Below are positions 42,642-53,506 of a DNA stretch of 64,000 bases, in pieces. Positions within the stretch are counted from its first letter, which is position 1, and every line of letters begins with the position of its first letter. The notes under the pieces were generated by a model. That model saw only the letters and a program-made list of their open reading frames with translations. It was not told the DNA's origin and ran no database searches. This stretch comes from Microcoleus sp. Its GTDB lineage: Bacteria > Cyanobacteriota > Cyanobacteriia > Cyanobacteriales > Microcoleaceae. Position numbers and translations under genes: made by a program. The stretch is from positions 2,176,001-2,240,000 of the forward strand of contig CP181291.1 of the NCBI GenBank assembly GCA_052279835.1, read 5' to 3'.

Positions 42642-43415
42642 CTATAGTCTTCTTTCTACTCTTAGCATTCTGCGGTAAGAAAGCCATCCTCCTGCTATCA
42701 TGGCTATAGAGAATATGAGTAAAAACCAGAAGTGTTCGGAAATATCATCTATATTTTTGCCGTTGGCCCAAACTTGCATTAGTGCTTCGTTCATGTGGTA
42801 AATTGGGTTGTATTTGGCAAGTTCTAGCAGGCTTTTGGGAAACAGTGATGTGGGTAAAAATGCTCCTCCTAAAATCAATAATGGGACTCCGAAAGCTGCG
42901 ACTAGGGAGTTGACATCTTCGGTGCGTCTGGCGAATTGGGTTCCGAGAATGAAGCCGACACCGACATAAGATATAATACTCAAAAGAATAATCGCACTTC
43001 CTAATAAGAGAGAGCCTTGAAATTGTGCTCCTAAACAAGAGGCGATGGTATATACTAGAATTACTTGACCGATGCCGATCGCACTGTGAGCTAGAAAAAT
43101 TCCTAAAAAGTAGGAAGTGCCGCTCAGCGGGGAAATAAATAATCGTTTGAGTGTATGTTGTTCTCGCTCTGCTACGACTGTGGCGACGCTTCCGCCGAGA
43201 CAGCTAAAAAATAAGGCCGCCCCGACTAAGCTTGCAGGGGCTGCACTTTCAAAGGCTTTTGCTGTTGTTAGGTTGGCGCGTTCTTGTAAAATCGCGCCGT
43301 TAATTAGTAAAATCGAAACTGGGAAGATACTCCACAGGATTAAGCTGCGTTTTCGCCGTAACAGTTCAATTAAAATCCGCTGGGCTACAGCTAGGGTTTC
43401 GTACCAGTATTTCAT
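42642..43415 (-). CDS. ABC-2 type permease
   Basis: Six TM segments, VAEREQHTLKRL, NPIYH. Confidence 0.9.
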   Translation of the reverse strand: MKYWYETLAVAQRILIELLRRKRSLILWSIFPVSILLINGAILQERANLTTAKAFESAAPASLVGAALFFSCLGGSVATVVAEREQHTLKRLFISPLSGTSYFLGIFLAHSAIGIGQVILVYTIASCLGAQFQGSLLLGSAIILLSIISYVGVGFILGTQFARRTEDVNSLVAAFGVPLLILGGAFLPTSLFPKSLLELAKYNPIYHMNEALMQVWANGKNIDDISEHFWFLLIFSIAMIAGGWLSYRRMLRVERRL

Positions 43416-43633
43416 ATTAATTAAGATTATACTCACATCTTGGATCGTTCTCCCGAACAGGCTTTTGGGCTTGTTCCACAAAGAGTTAATTTGATTTATA
43501 CCACGGCAGATTATATCATAAAAAATTTAATTAATTTAATTATTAATCAAAAAAAACCACCAGGGCGGGTTTTGGGATTTTCTGGCGATGCTTTTAATCT
43601 GTCTATGTCTGTGTCTGGGGATACTTTTAACTT

Positions 43634-44710
43634 TTATTTAATCATAAAACTCGTACCTCTATAACATCCTTGAAAAGAAGTTAAATTTGTTTGACTTATT
43701 TGTTCTAATTTGGTGACGATTGAGGGGCTATTGCTACTCTCGGTAGTGGATTCCCACTGGTACATGAAGTCACCTTCGCTGAGGCTTTTTCCATTTCCTT
43801 TGTAGCTATATTCTTCGATGGGAATTCCGCTAACTCCAGTAATGGTTTGCTTTTCGTATCCGTTGAGAATGATTTTTTCGATGACAGCGCCTGGTTCTAT
43901 GGTGAGTTTCCAGTTAATTGGTTCGTAGGCTGAAAGTGCGAGAATTATTGGTTTGTTTTTGCGTTGTACTTTGACTTCAATGGCATTTTTGGAGGAATTT
44001 CCATTGTCTTGGGGGGAGGTAGCTTCGTAAGCGGCTATTAAGTGTAGTTCTTTGTTTCCGGTTACGGCACCGACATGGGATGAAAATTTGTAGGAATTGC
44101 CAAGATAGCAGTTGGCTTCAAAGTTTACTGGGGAAGTTGGAGCGTTTTTTTGGGCTAGTTTCTGCTGGGCTGTTGGTACTACCCACATTCCTGTGCCTAC
44201 GGCTAAAGCACCGATTAAAGTTGCTACAATACTGACGGGAATTAGATTTATGAGGTGGCGAAATTGGTCGGATTTTGTGGTTTTAGCTAGCTGTTGTTGC
44301 CATGTTTCGCCAAATTTGCGTGAAGCGAAGCTATCCCGCAGGGAATCGCCTTTGGTGTTACGATCGAGACAAGTCAACAATGCTAAACTTTCGGGCTGTT
44401 CTAGTAAATTTTGAATTTCTGTCCCTTGGCCAATGTAGAGGTTTCTACTGGTTCTGTCTAACAGCAGCGAATGGCGATCGCCCTTACCTAGGTTATAATC
44501 TTCTAGGACAGGCTGCACTAAGTCGTGTTGCAAAAATACCAGCCAAGCCAGATTGTTCCCCGTGGAGACTATTTTGCCATCGCTGCAAATAAGTTGGTCG
44601 ATTTCTGGTTCCCACCGCCAAGCTACCCAGCGGGCATCTCCGCGATAGCCGAGGGATTTTTCTAGTTGCGGATGGGCGGTGATTTCTAAGCGTTGAACTA
44701 AGTTTGACAT
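43634..44710 (-). CDS. Hypothetical single-TM protein
   Basis: 358 aa; C-terminal ELHLIAAYE...LALSAYEPINW...FQGCY domain. Confidence 0.75.
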   Translation of the reverse strand: MSNLVQRLEITAHPQLEKSLGYRGDARWVAWRWEPEIDQLICSDGKIVSTGNNLAWLVFLQHDLVQPVLEDYNLGKGDRHSLLLDRTSRNLYIGQGTEIQNLLEQPESLALLTCLDRNTKGDSLRDSFASRKFGETWQQQLAKTTKSDQFRHLINLIPVSIVATLIGALAVGTGMWVVPTAQQKLAQKNAPTSPVNFEANCYLGNSYKFSSHVGAVTGNKELHLIAAYEATSPQDNGNSSKNAIEVKVQRKNKPIILALSAYEPINWKLTIEPGAVIEKIILNGYEKQTITGVSGIPIEEYSYKGNGKSLSEGDFMYQWESTTESSNSPSIVTKLEQISQTNLTSFQGCYRGTSFMIK

Positions 44711-44769
44711 GAGATGTCCTCAAGTGCGATCGCCACTTTCATCTCCTAGTTTAACTTAATTAGGACAAA

Positions 44770-45561
44770 TCAAAAACTACCAGTGCCGTTGCCACTGCCA
44801 CCGTTAGGAGACACATTGTTATTGGGAGTCGTGTAGGGCCCACTTCCGGGATTGAGATTATTGGGATTAGTATTGCCAGAAGTTCCAGGATTGAGATTAT
44901 TCGGATTGGTGTTGCCAGAAGTTCCGGGATTGAGATTATTGGGATTAGTGTTGGGATTATTGGGATTATTGAGATTATTGGGATTAGTGTTGCCAGAAGT
45001 TCCGGGATTGAGATTATTGGGATTAGTATTGCCAGAAGTTCCGGGATTGAGATTATTGGGATTAGTATTGCCAGAAGTTCCGGGATTGAGATTATTGGGA
45101 TTAGTGTTGGGATTACTGGGATTATTGAGATTATTGGGATTAGTGTTGGGATTACTGGGATTATTGAGATTATTGGGATTAGTGTTGGGATTATTGGGAT
45201 TATTGAGATTATTGGGATTATTGGGATTTGTACCCGCAGGAGTAGTTATGGGAGTGCCGGCTGCGTCTCTGGTAATACCATTGGGGTTGGGATTGGGTGC
45301 ATTGGCTGCGTTGGGGTTAGCAGTAGTGGTATTACGGTTATTTGTCGCTGCCGGAGTAGTATTTTTCCCACACAAACTGACTAAATCAAAAGTTGTGCCA
45401 CTTGAGGTTTCGATGTAGCAAACTGGTACGTTTACCTGGGGGTTCGAGGTAGTCGGAAAGTCCGTTGTTCTGGGCATGGGAAGGCTGAAAGCGACTTCTG
45501 CCAGCATCAGTGGAGTGAAGGCAGCGGATAGACCTACTATTGTCGGCAACAATCTCATCAT
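44770..45561 (-). CDS. Secreted Asn/Pro-rich low-complexity repeat protein
   Basis: Signal peptide, VCYIETSSGTTFDLVSLCG motif, NTNPNNLNPGTSG repeats. Confidence 0.8.
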   Translation of the reverse strand: MMRLLPTIVGLSAAFTPLMLAEVAFSLPMPRTTDFPTTSNPQVNVPVCYIETSSGTTFDLVSLCGKNTTPAATNNRNTTTANPNAANAPNPNPNGITRDAAGTPITTPAGTNPNNPNNLNNPNNPNTNPNNLNNPSNPNTNPNNLNNPSNPNTNPNNLNPGTSGNTNPNNLNPGTSGNTNPNNLNPGTSGNTNPNNLNNPNNPNTNPNNLNPGTSGNTNPNNLNPGTSGNTNPNNLNPGSGPYTTPNNNVSPNGGSGNGTGSF

Positions 45562-45807
45562 TTTTACCTCAAATATTCAAGTGTGTTTGCTCTAGTATTG
45601 CCCAGAAACTAGAAATTGTCCTCTTCCTAAAAAGGGAGTCATATCGATTCCCGTTGCATCGAAATGATTAAACCGCGAAGACACGAAGAGGACGAAGGAA
45701 GAACTGCATCTTCTTCTTTCCCCCCTTGGGGGGGGCAGGGGGGGGTTCTTCCTTCGCGTTCTTCGCGCCTTCGCGGTTCCTTTAATCTTACTCTTCTTTA
45801 GACAGTT

Positions 45808-46833
45808 TTAGTAACGAATTCGCGGGTCAATGTAGGCATTCAAAATATCAATGACAATACTAGCAACTACGACTATTCCCGCAAAAAATACCACAATTCC
45901 TTGTACAGTTGGATAATCCCGCAAACTAATCGCCTCATAAAGTCGATTTGCCAACCCAGGCCAAGAAAAAGTCACTTCTGTTAAAATCGCACCACCCAAC
46001 AGTGCAGCAAAAGTTAAGCCCAAAACTGTAATTACTGGAATCAGAGCATTTTTGAGAGCGTGACTCCATAAAATCTGCAATTCGGGAATGCCTCTAGCTC
46101 TAGCTGCTTCTACATAATCTGCTTGTAAGGTTTGCTTGAGATTCACTCTGACAATGCGCTCGAAAATGCCACTCAAAAGAATGCCCAAGGTCAAACTTGG
46201 CAGTGCTAAATAATGCAAAGATATCAGAAATTGACCCAAGTTAGCACTCAACAGACTATCTATGGTGTAAAGTCCGGTGTAACCTTCTGGCGCTGTTAAT
46301 GTCACCGGAAAACGAGTTCCCAAGGGAAACCAACCTAACTGTACCGAGAAAATTAATTGCAATACCATGCCGGCCCAAAAGGCGGGTAGGGAGTAAGTGA
46401 TGATGCCAAATAAACGGCCTGCGACATCGAAAATAGTGTTGGGGCGGGATGCTGCTAAGGAACCGATACTGATGCCGATTATTAAGGCTACGGCCATGCT
46501 GCAAACTGCTAATTCCACTGTGGCGGGGAAATTGTCTGTGATAATTTGCCACACGGTTTGTCCGCGAGTGGTGATGGATGTTCCCAAATTTAAGCTGAAC
46601 AAGTCTTTAATATATTTGAGATATTGTTGCCATAGGGGTGCGTCGAGACCTAGTTGGGTTCGCATTGCTGCTTTGGCTGCGGCGGGTGCTCGCGAGCCGA
46701 GAATGGCATCGATGGGGTCTCCTGGAGTGGCTCGCAGCAGCAAAAACACGGCTGTGGTGATGGTCCACAACATCAGCGGTGCTAGGAGCAAGCGGACAAA
46801 AATGTAAGATTGTAGGGCTTTGGAGCGAGACAT
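45808..46833 (-). CDS. Peptide ABC transporter permease (DppB/OppB)
   Basis: PGDP, PATVELA, YVEAARARG, LGGAILTEVTFSWPG, DPRIRY. Confidence 0.93.
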   Translation of the reverse strand: MSRSKALQSYIFVRLLLAPLMLWTITTAVFLLLRATPGDPIDAILGSRAPAAAKAAMRTQLGLDAPLWQQYLKYIKDLFSLNLGTSITTRGQTVWQIITDNFPATVELAVCSMAVALIIGISIGSLAASRPNTIFDVAGRLFGIITYSLPAFWAGMVLQLIFSVQLGWFPLGTRFPVTLTAPEGYTGLYTIDSLLSANLGQFLISLHYLALPSLTLGILLSGIFERIVRVNLKQTLQADYVEAARARGIPELQILWSHALKNALIPVITVLGLTFAALLGGAILTEVTFSWPGLANRLYEAISLRDYPTVQGIVVFFAGIVVVASIVIDILNAYIDPRIRY

Positions 46834-46918
46834 AGGATTGGGGAATGGGAAATTGGCAAGACATTGTTGAGTTGATTTTAGCTATTGTCGATCGCCTTTT
46901 TACCAATTTCCCATTTTC

Positions 46919-47263
46919 CTATTGACTTAGCAACGATTCAAATGCAGCTTGCAAGGATTTGATATCGCCCACTCTGGCGACTAACAAGTTTTCGCTACCT
47001 GCATCCTGCAATCGGCATTTCCAATAATTGATGCTTTCGGAGTTGTTCATCCAGAAGCTAATCACGCTGTCTACGACTCTATCGACATCCCAGCCTCGGT
47101 GGGGGGAAACGGTTTCTACTGATGCGACAAAGGAATCTAGGGTACACTTGCGATTTCCCAAGTATTCTACACCGGCAGAATGCTGCTGTTGTAATAATTC
47201 TTGCTGTTGGTTGAAAAAAAATAAAGTTGGAGATACACCCAGGATTTCAAATGTATAGTTCAT
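46919..47263 (-). CDS. Conserved cyanobacterial hypothetical protein
   Basis: AGGAGG RBS, 114 aa. Confidence 0.75.
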   Translation of the reverse strand: MNYTFEILGVSPTLFFFNQQQELLQQQHSAGVEYLGNRKCTLDSFVASVETVSPHRGWDVDRVVDSVISFWMNNSESINYWKCRLQDAGSENLLVARVGDIKSLQAAFESLLSQ

Positions 47264-47794
47264 ACCATCCTCCTAAAGTATTGTTTGACAAAAATGTCGA
47301 TCGCACAAAATGCTGATTTTTTGGTTTGGCTATCGGCTATTTCCGGTAGATGCTTAAAGAGTTACCGATTATTGGGTGTTTTTTTGCCAATCTATGAGAC
47401 ATTTCCTACAAGGACAGTCAAGAACAGGCAGGCGGTGCTTGTTCTAGAATAATTATGGCAGAGGTCTATTTTAGAAATAGCAAACTTCCTCGCAAAAGAT
47501 TGTTAAATTACTTACATTTTCCCCCGGAACTCAAATTAATTAACAATCACAGAGCAGGCGTAAGTAAACGCACCTAAAAAAAACCCAGAGTCAGATACCG
47601 GAGTTCTGGAAGAATTGCTGTATCTAAGAGCGGTCGGATTGTAAGTTTAATGACAAGCAGCTACAGATTGTTGGAGGAACCGATTTGCTAAAATTTCTTC
47701 CCGGCAGTCGAGAAAAGGTCAAGATTAGTGGTAGCTTAAGTCTAGGGAATATACAAAATAAGCAAAATACGCAACTTCGGGATCTGCCAAAATA

Positions 47795-50700
47795 TTGATG
47801 TTATTGAAAACCCTGAGTTCTAGCCTGATGAAAAGCCCGCCGAAAATGTCACTGAGTCTTGTATTGTTGATACCGCTGGTGCTGCAAATGTCTGTAGCGG
47901 TAGGTGTGACTGGATGGCTGTCTTTTCGCAACGGTCAGAAATCTGTCAATGACCTGGCTACTAGGTTAAGCTTGGAAGTAGCAGCCCGGACTAGAGAAAA
48001 TTTCCGCAGTTTTGGGGATGCAGCTTACCTGTTTCTGGAAATTAATGCTAGCGCGATCGCCTCTGGAAACTTAGATCCCGACAACTTCCCTAACTTAGAG
48101 CGCTATTTTTGGAACCAGACTAAAATTAGCGATCGCGCTAGAACCATTTACTACGGCGACGAAAGTGGTAGATTTCTCTTGGTCAAGAGAGGACCAGAAA
48201 ATTTTACCTATATTAAAGATAAATCAACGGGGGGCGATCGCCAAATTTATCGTCTAGACAGCCAGGGAAATCGCACTCAGTTAGTCGAAACCGTAACCTA
48301 TGAGGCCCGTACAAGACCTTGGTACACAAATGCCAAACAGTCAAAAAAACCCACATGGTCTCCCATCTACGTGTTTGCGGCCCCGCCAGTATTAGGCATT
48401 ACGCCCGCAGTCCCCATCTACACCAAAACGGGAAACCTGCGGGGGGTACTAGCAGTTGATGTGACTCTTTCTCAAATCAGCGATTTTCTCAAAAGTATCA
48501 AAATCAGTAAGTCGGGACAGGTGTTTGCGATCGAACGTAGTGGCGAAATAGTCGCTAGTTCCACAGATGAGTTACCCTTTGTCAGCACCAAAGACGGACA
48601 AAAACGGCTGTTGGCAACGGAAAGTAAAAATTTACTCATGCGATCGGCAGCCAAACAATTACAATCAATTTTTGGCAGTTTTGCAGAAATTCGCACCCAA
48701 GGACAATTCACATTTGATATGGATGGTTCGCGGCAATTCATTACGGTGGTTCCCCTGCAAGACGAACGCGGGCTGGATTTGCTGATTGTGGTTGCTATTC
48801 CAGAAGCCGACTTTATAGAGCAAATTAACACCAATATTCGCACAACTATTTTATTGTGCTGTTTTGCCTTCATTGTGGCGATCGTCTTAGGTATTTTCAC
48901 ATATCGCTGGGTAGCCGAACCCATTCGCCGATTGTTGAAAGCTTCCAAAGATTTAACAAAAATGTCCGAGTCAGCAGATTTTACCTCCTCGGAACTAGAA
49001 CGAGAAGTCGAAGTCAAAGGCGTTAACGAACTCGGACTTTTAGCTCAATCTTTCAATCAAATGGCAAGACAGTTGCGCTCTTCCTTTGCTACTTTAGAGG
49101 AAACCAATTCCCATTTAGAAAGCCGAGTAGCAGAACGAACTGCCGAACTCAAATCAGCAGAAGCAGAACTGCGAGCATTGTTGGCAGCGATGACCGAATT
49201 AATTGTAGTTGTGGATGCCAGCGGCCGCTACTTAAAAATTGTGCCTACCAATCTATCCCTACTTTACGCACCAGCTCAAGAATTAGTAGGCAAAACCATC
49301 GGCGAAATGTTCCCCCCAACCACAGCCGATCGCTTTCTTGACTGCATTCGCTCGGCTTTAGATACTAAACAAACTGTCAGTATTGAATACACTTTAAACC
49401 TGCGCGGTCGAGAAGTTTGTTTGGCGGCGAGGATTTCTCCGCTTTCGGAAGAGTCTGTAATTTGGGTAGCCCGCGACGTTACGGAATACAAACGAGCCGA
49501 ATTAGCACAGCGACAAAGGCAAAAACAGTTGAGCAAGCAAAATACTGTTTTATTAGAACTAGCCAGAAATAAAGCCCTTTATCGGGGGAATTTAAAAGTA
49601 GCTTTGAAGGAAATCACTGAAGCAGCCGCTCATACCCTAGAAACAGAAAGAGCTGCTATTTGGATGTATGATGAAAGTAGATCGAAATTGCTCTGCTTTG
49701 ACCAATTTGAGCGCAGTAGTGGTAGGCATTTCGCCGGGGAAGAAATTTTAGCAGCCGATTATCCGGCTTATTTTCAAGCTTTGGAAGAAGACCGAACGAT
49801 TGCGGCAGACGATGCTCTTTCAGATACCAGAACTAGAGAATTTGTCGCATCTTATTTTGTAGAAACAGGCGCTACTTCCACTTTAGACGCACCGATTAGA
49901 CTCGGCGGACAAACTGTAGGAGTAATCTCTCTAGAACAGGTGGAAACTTTTCGTAACTGGACGGTGGAAGCACAAAATTTCTCGGCTTCCTTGGCAGATT
50001 TAGTGTCCTTGGCTATGGAAGCTAGCGAGCGCGAACGCACACAAATAGCTCTACGTCAAGCAGAACAAAAATATCGTAGCATCTTTGAAAATGCTGTGGA
50101 GGGGATTTTTCAAACAACTCCAGAAGGGCGTTTTTTGAGTGTGAATCCGGCTTTTGCTAAAATCTACGGCTATTCGTCCCCAGAGGAACTGACATCGAAT
50201 TTGACAGATATTCGACAGCAAGTTTATGTCGATCCCAAACGCCGGGATAAGTTGGTGCAGGCGATCGATCTATGCGGCGAAGTTTCGGGATTTGAGTCTC
50301 AGGTTTACCGCGCTGATGGCAGTATAATTTGGATTTCCGAAAGTGCCCGTGCGGTTTACGATGCCGACGGTGTACCACTTTACTATGAAGGTAGCATCGA
50401 GGATATTAGCGATCGCAAAGTCTTTGAAGCTGCCCTCCAAAGAGCTCTAGAAGCCGCCGAAGAGGCTTCCACCGCAAAAAGCGCATTTTTAGCAAACATG
50501 AGCCACGAACTGCGAACACCGCTGAATGCAATCATCGGCTACAGCGAAATTCTCCAAGAAGAAACCGAAGAATTAGGTTACGATGAACTCCTCCCAGATT
50601 TGGAAAGAATTCGCAATTCTGGCAGACACTTGCTATCTTTAATTAATGATATTCTCGATATTTCTAAGATAGAAGCTGGTCGCATGGATCTTTATTTAGA

Positions 50701-51250
50701 AACCTTCAATATCGCCGATTTAATTAAAGACGTAGCGTCTACCGCTTTGTCCCTAACTGAGAAAAATGGCAATACCCTAGACTTGAGCAAAATTACCAAT
50801 ATCGGCACTATGCACTCCGATATTACTAAAGTGCGACAAATACTATTAAATTTGCTGAGCAATGCTGCTAAATTCACTCATAACGGCACAATTACCCTCA
50901 CCGCAAATCGCGAAAATCAGGGGCAGGAAATCAGCCATGAGACACCAGAAAACTCTGATGAGTCTGACGATAATTCTCTCTCATCATTGGCAGCTAGAGA
51001 ATTTTTGGTGTTTAATTGTACTGATACCGGAATTGGCATGGACTCAGACCAATTGCAGCGAGTTTTTCAACCCTTTACCCAAGCAGATGCTTCTACTACG
51101 CGCAAGTATGGAGGCACGGGTTTGGGACTAGCAATCAGCCAGCGTTTTTGTCACATGATGGGTGGTAGTATTTCCTTGGAAAGTCAAGTGGGGGTTGGTT
51201 CTACTTTTACTATCCGCTTACCTATTAATATGAATATTAAGTCTTCCTAA
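47795..51250 (+). CDS. Sensor histidine kinase (Cache-HAMP-PAS-GAF-PAS-HisKA-HATPase)
   Basis: RTRPWY Cache motif, NELGLLAQSFNQM, FLANMSHELRTPLN, NLLSNAAKFT, DTGIGM, GTGLGL. Start uncertain. Confidence 0.93.
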   Translation: MMLLKTLSSSLMKSPPKMSLSLVLLIPLVLQMSVAVGVTGWLSFRNGQKSVNDLATRLSLEVAARTRENFRSFGDAAYLFLEINASAIASGNLDPDNFPNLERYFWNQTKISDRARTIYYGDESGRFLLVKRGPENFTYIKDKSTGGDRQIYRLDSQGNRTQLVETVTYEARTRPWYTNAKQSKKPTWSPIYVFAAPPVLGITPAVPIYTKTGNLRGVLAVDVTLSQISDFLKSIKISKSGQVFAIERSGEIVASSTDELPFVSTKDGQKRLLATESKNLLMRSAAKQLQSIFGSFAEIRTQGQFTFDMDGSRQFITVVPLQDERGLDLLIVVAIPEADFIEQINTNIRTTILLCCFAFIVAIVLGIFTYRWVAEPIRRLLKASKDLTKMSESADFTSSELEREVEVKGVNELGLLAQSFNQMARQLRSSFATLEETNSHLESRVAERTAELKSAEAELRALLAAMTELIVVVDASGRYLKIVPTNLSLLYAPAQELVGKTIGEMFPPTTADRFLDCIRSALDTKQTVSIEYTLNLRGREVCLAARISPLSEESVIWVARDVTEYKRAELAQRQRQKQLSKQNTVLLELARNKALYRGNLKVALKEITEAAAHTLETERAAIWMYDESRSKLLCFDQFERSSGRHFAGEEILAADYPAYFQALEEDRTIAADDALSDTRTREFVASYFVETGATSTLDAPIRLGGQTVGVISLEQVETFRNWTVEAQNFSASLADLVSLAMEASERERTQIALRQAEQKYRSIFENAVEGIFQTTPEGRFLSVNPAFAKIYGYSSPEELTSNLTDIRQQVYVDPKRRDKLVQAIDLCGEVSGFESQVYRADGSIIWISESARAVYDADGVPLYYEGSIEDISDRKVFEAALQRALEAAEEASTAKSAFLANMSHELRTPLNAIIGYSEILQEETEELGYDELLPDLERIRNSGRHLLSLINDILDISKIEAGRMDLYLETFNIADLIKDVASTALSLTEKNGNTLDLSKITNIGTMHSDITKVRQILLNLLSNAAKFTHNGTITLTANRENQGQEISHETPENSDESDDNSLSSLAAREFLVFNCTDTGIGMDSDQLQRVFQPFTQADASTTRKYGGTGLGLAISQRFCHMMGGSISLESQVGVGSTFTIRLPINMNIKSS

Positions 51251-51271
51251 GCATAATTTCAGGAGATAGTA

Positions 51272-51838
51272 TTGATGGTAGTTGCAGCCAAATCAAAAAT
51301 TTCTCTGGCAGAGTTTTTGCAGTTGCCAGAAACTAAGCCCGCCAGCGAATATACAGAGGGTCAAATTTATCAAAAACCTATGCCACAAGGAAAACATAGC
51401 CGATTGCAAAAACGATTGCTGGAGGCAATTTCTGAGGTTGGAGAACCCAAAAAGTTAGCCTGTGCATTTCCCGAATTGCGGTGTACGTTTGGAGGGCGAT
51501 CGATAGTTCCTGATATTGCTGTTTTTGAATGGTCTCGCATTCCCGTTGATGAAGATGGAGAAATTGCCAACCGCTTTGAAATTGCACCGGATTGGATAAT
51601 TGAAATTTTGTCACCAGACCAATCTCCGAATCAGGTGATTAAAAAAATACTTTTTTCGATTCAGCACGGCACTAAACTCGGTTGGTTCGCCGATCTGAGC
51701 GATAAATCAGTAATAGTTTTTCTGCCTAATCAAATGCCAAAATTTATATCAGGCACGGATATTTTACCTGTGCTTTGTGTGCTGGCAGATTTGCAATTAT
51801 CGGCAGCAGATTTATTTAATTGGCTGAAAATAAATTGA
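51272..51838 (+). CDS. Uma2 family endonuclease
   Basis: PETKPASEY, FPELRCTFGGRSIVPDI, PDWIIEILSP. Confidence 0.9.
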   Translation: MMVVAAKSKISLAEFLQLPETKPASEYTEGQIYQKPMPQGKHSRLQKRLLEAISEVGEPKKLACAFPELRCTFGGRSIVPDIAVFEWSRIPVDEDGEIANRFEIAPDWIIEILSPDQSPNQVIKKILFSIQHGTKLGWFADLSDKSVIVFLPNQMPKFISGTDILPVLCVLADLQLSAADLFNWLKIN

Positions 51839-52274
51839 TTGAAAAGTATATTTTATGCCCATTTCAGCAATAGGCAAGATGCTGGTTCCACAAAGAGTGA
51901 ATTTGGTGGTAAAATGGGTATCTTGTTCTGGCTTAAGATTCGCAAGTGCTCTATTTGCAACCAAGATGAGAGAGACTATTTGCAAAACACCTGCAACTAT
52001 TTAATTTCGATCGCAGTCTGCGGATTTGTATCCGTTTTAATCAACTGGAATCTTTTAGGAATTAAACTGTAAGGATGGAATTACTTACTCTGCCCAAGCA
52101 ACCGGGTTTTTTACTAAAATACACGTTGTAGTGCATAGCGTCGCTCAAAAACCCAGTTTCTAACTACCCGCGCCATGGATATAATCCATCAAACAGGAAT
52201 CAATGCCCCGCAATGTGCCACTTAAAATGGTGGAATGCACACACCATCAATTTAGCAAAAATACCCAATAACAT

Positions 52275-52310
52275 AAAAAAAGAGCCCACCCTTCATCAAA
52301 GGTGGTCTCA
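52275..52310 (-). terminator. Rho-independent terminator downstream of the cmp operon
   Basis: Minus strand GAGACCACCTTT-GATG-AAGGGTGGGCTC-TTTTTTT. Confidence 0.6.
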
Positions 52311-52504
52311 GTTCATGCCAGCTTACGAACAGCTAGGCAATTAGGTCTCTGCACAGCTAGACGTAAAAGTTGAGAAAAAGATCCGGATGGTCAGAAAAAA
52401 TTTCTCACCAATAGTTAAGCTTCAGCAATATTCCCCTGAAAATGGGGAATGCTGAAGCTTAAGTTGTTCAAGATGCCCCATTTTTCATGACTATTACCGA
52501 TCGA

Positions 52505-53350
52505 CTAAGCATCGTCATCGTGAGCAAAGCGACGGAACAAGAAATCTAGAGCGTAGTTCCGCAAATTGTAGTATTCTGGATCTTCCATAATTTGTACCCG
52601 ATCGCGCGGACGCGGAAACGGAATCTCCAAAACTTCCCCAATCGTAGCCGATGGGCCATTGGTCATCATCACCAGGCGATCGGCTAAAAACAACGCTTCA
52701 TCAATATCGTGAGTAATCATCAACACCGTACAACGGTGATCGTTCCAAATTTTCAGCAACTCTTCCTGCAATTCCTCCTTAGTAATTGCATCCAAAGCAC
52801 CAAAAGGTTCATCTAAAATCAGCACTTTCGGGCGAATGGCCAAAGCGCGGGCGATGGAAACCCGCTGCTTCATCCCCCCAGAAATTTGCGGCGGTCTTTT
52901 TTCCGCAGCTTCTGTCAATCCCACCATCGCCAAATGGTCTTTGACGATCGCATTTTTTTCCACCTTCGACTTATGGGGAAATACAGCATGAACAGCTAGA
53001 TAAACATTTTCAAACACCGTTCGCCAAGGTAGCAAAGCATAACCCTGAAACACCACCATGCGATCGGGTCCAGGCTTGGTAATTTTCTCCCCGTTAATCG
53101 TCACGCTACCCTGACTGGGAGTGCTAAAACCCGACACCATGTTTAACAGAGTTGACTTACCACAACCGGAGTGTCCAATCAGGGTAATAAACTCTCCCTC
53201 AGCTACATTCAAGTTGACGTTTTCTAAAGCCCTGTAACCGTTTGGATAGGATTTGTAAACATTTTGGATCGACAAAAAAGGCTGACGGCGATCGTTCCCT
53301 TTCTGGTTTAAAGTTTTGGTTTCGGTATTGTTTTTCGTGGTGTTAATCAT
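52505..53350 (-). CDS. cmpD: Bicarbonate ABC transporter ATP-binding subunit D
   Basis: GHSGCGKST, ISGGMKQR; operon context. Confidence 0.82.
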   Translation of the reverse strand: MINTTKNNTETKTLNQKGNDRRQPFLSIQNVYKSYPNGYRALENVNLNVAEGEFITLIGHSGCGKSTLLNMVSGFSTPSQGSVTINGEKITKPGPDRMVVFQGYALLPWRTVFENVYLAVHAVFPHKSKVEKNAIVKDHLAMVGLTEAAEKRPPQISGGMKQRVSIARALAIRPKVLILDEPFGALDAITKEELQEELLKIWNDHRCTVLMITHDIDEALFLADRLVMMTNGPSATIGEVLEIPFPRPRDRVQIMEDPEYYNLRNYALDFLFRRFAHDDDA

Positions 53351-53506
53351 GGCTTTAGAATTTGTTAGTGGGTGATTGGCGACGGAAGTTCGGCAATGGA
53401 TTCGCTCAACGGATTTAAGTGAGGTAACAGAGGTCAGGAATAGGGAATTACTAACTAACAAATAACAATTAGCAATTACTCTATTTTTATGTAACTGAAA
53501 ACCGCT

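Noticed and set aside
44852..45418. Leu/Gly-rich 188-aa ORF on the + strand
   Set aside because: Antisense shadow of the Asn/Pro repeat gene.
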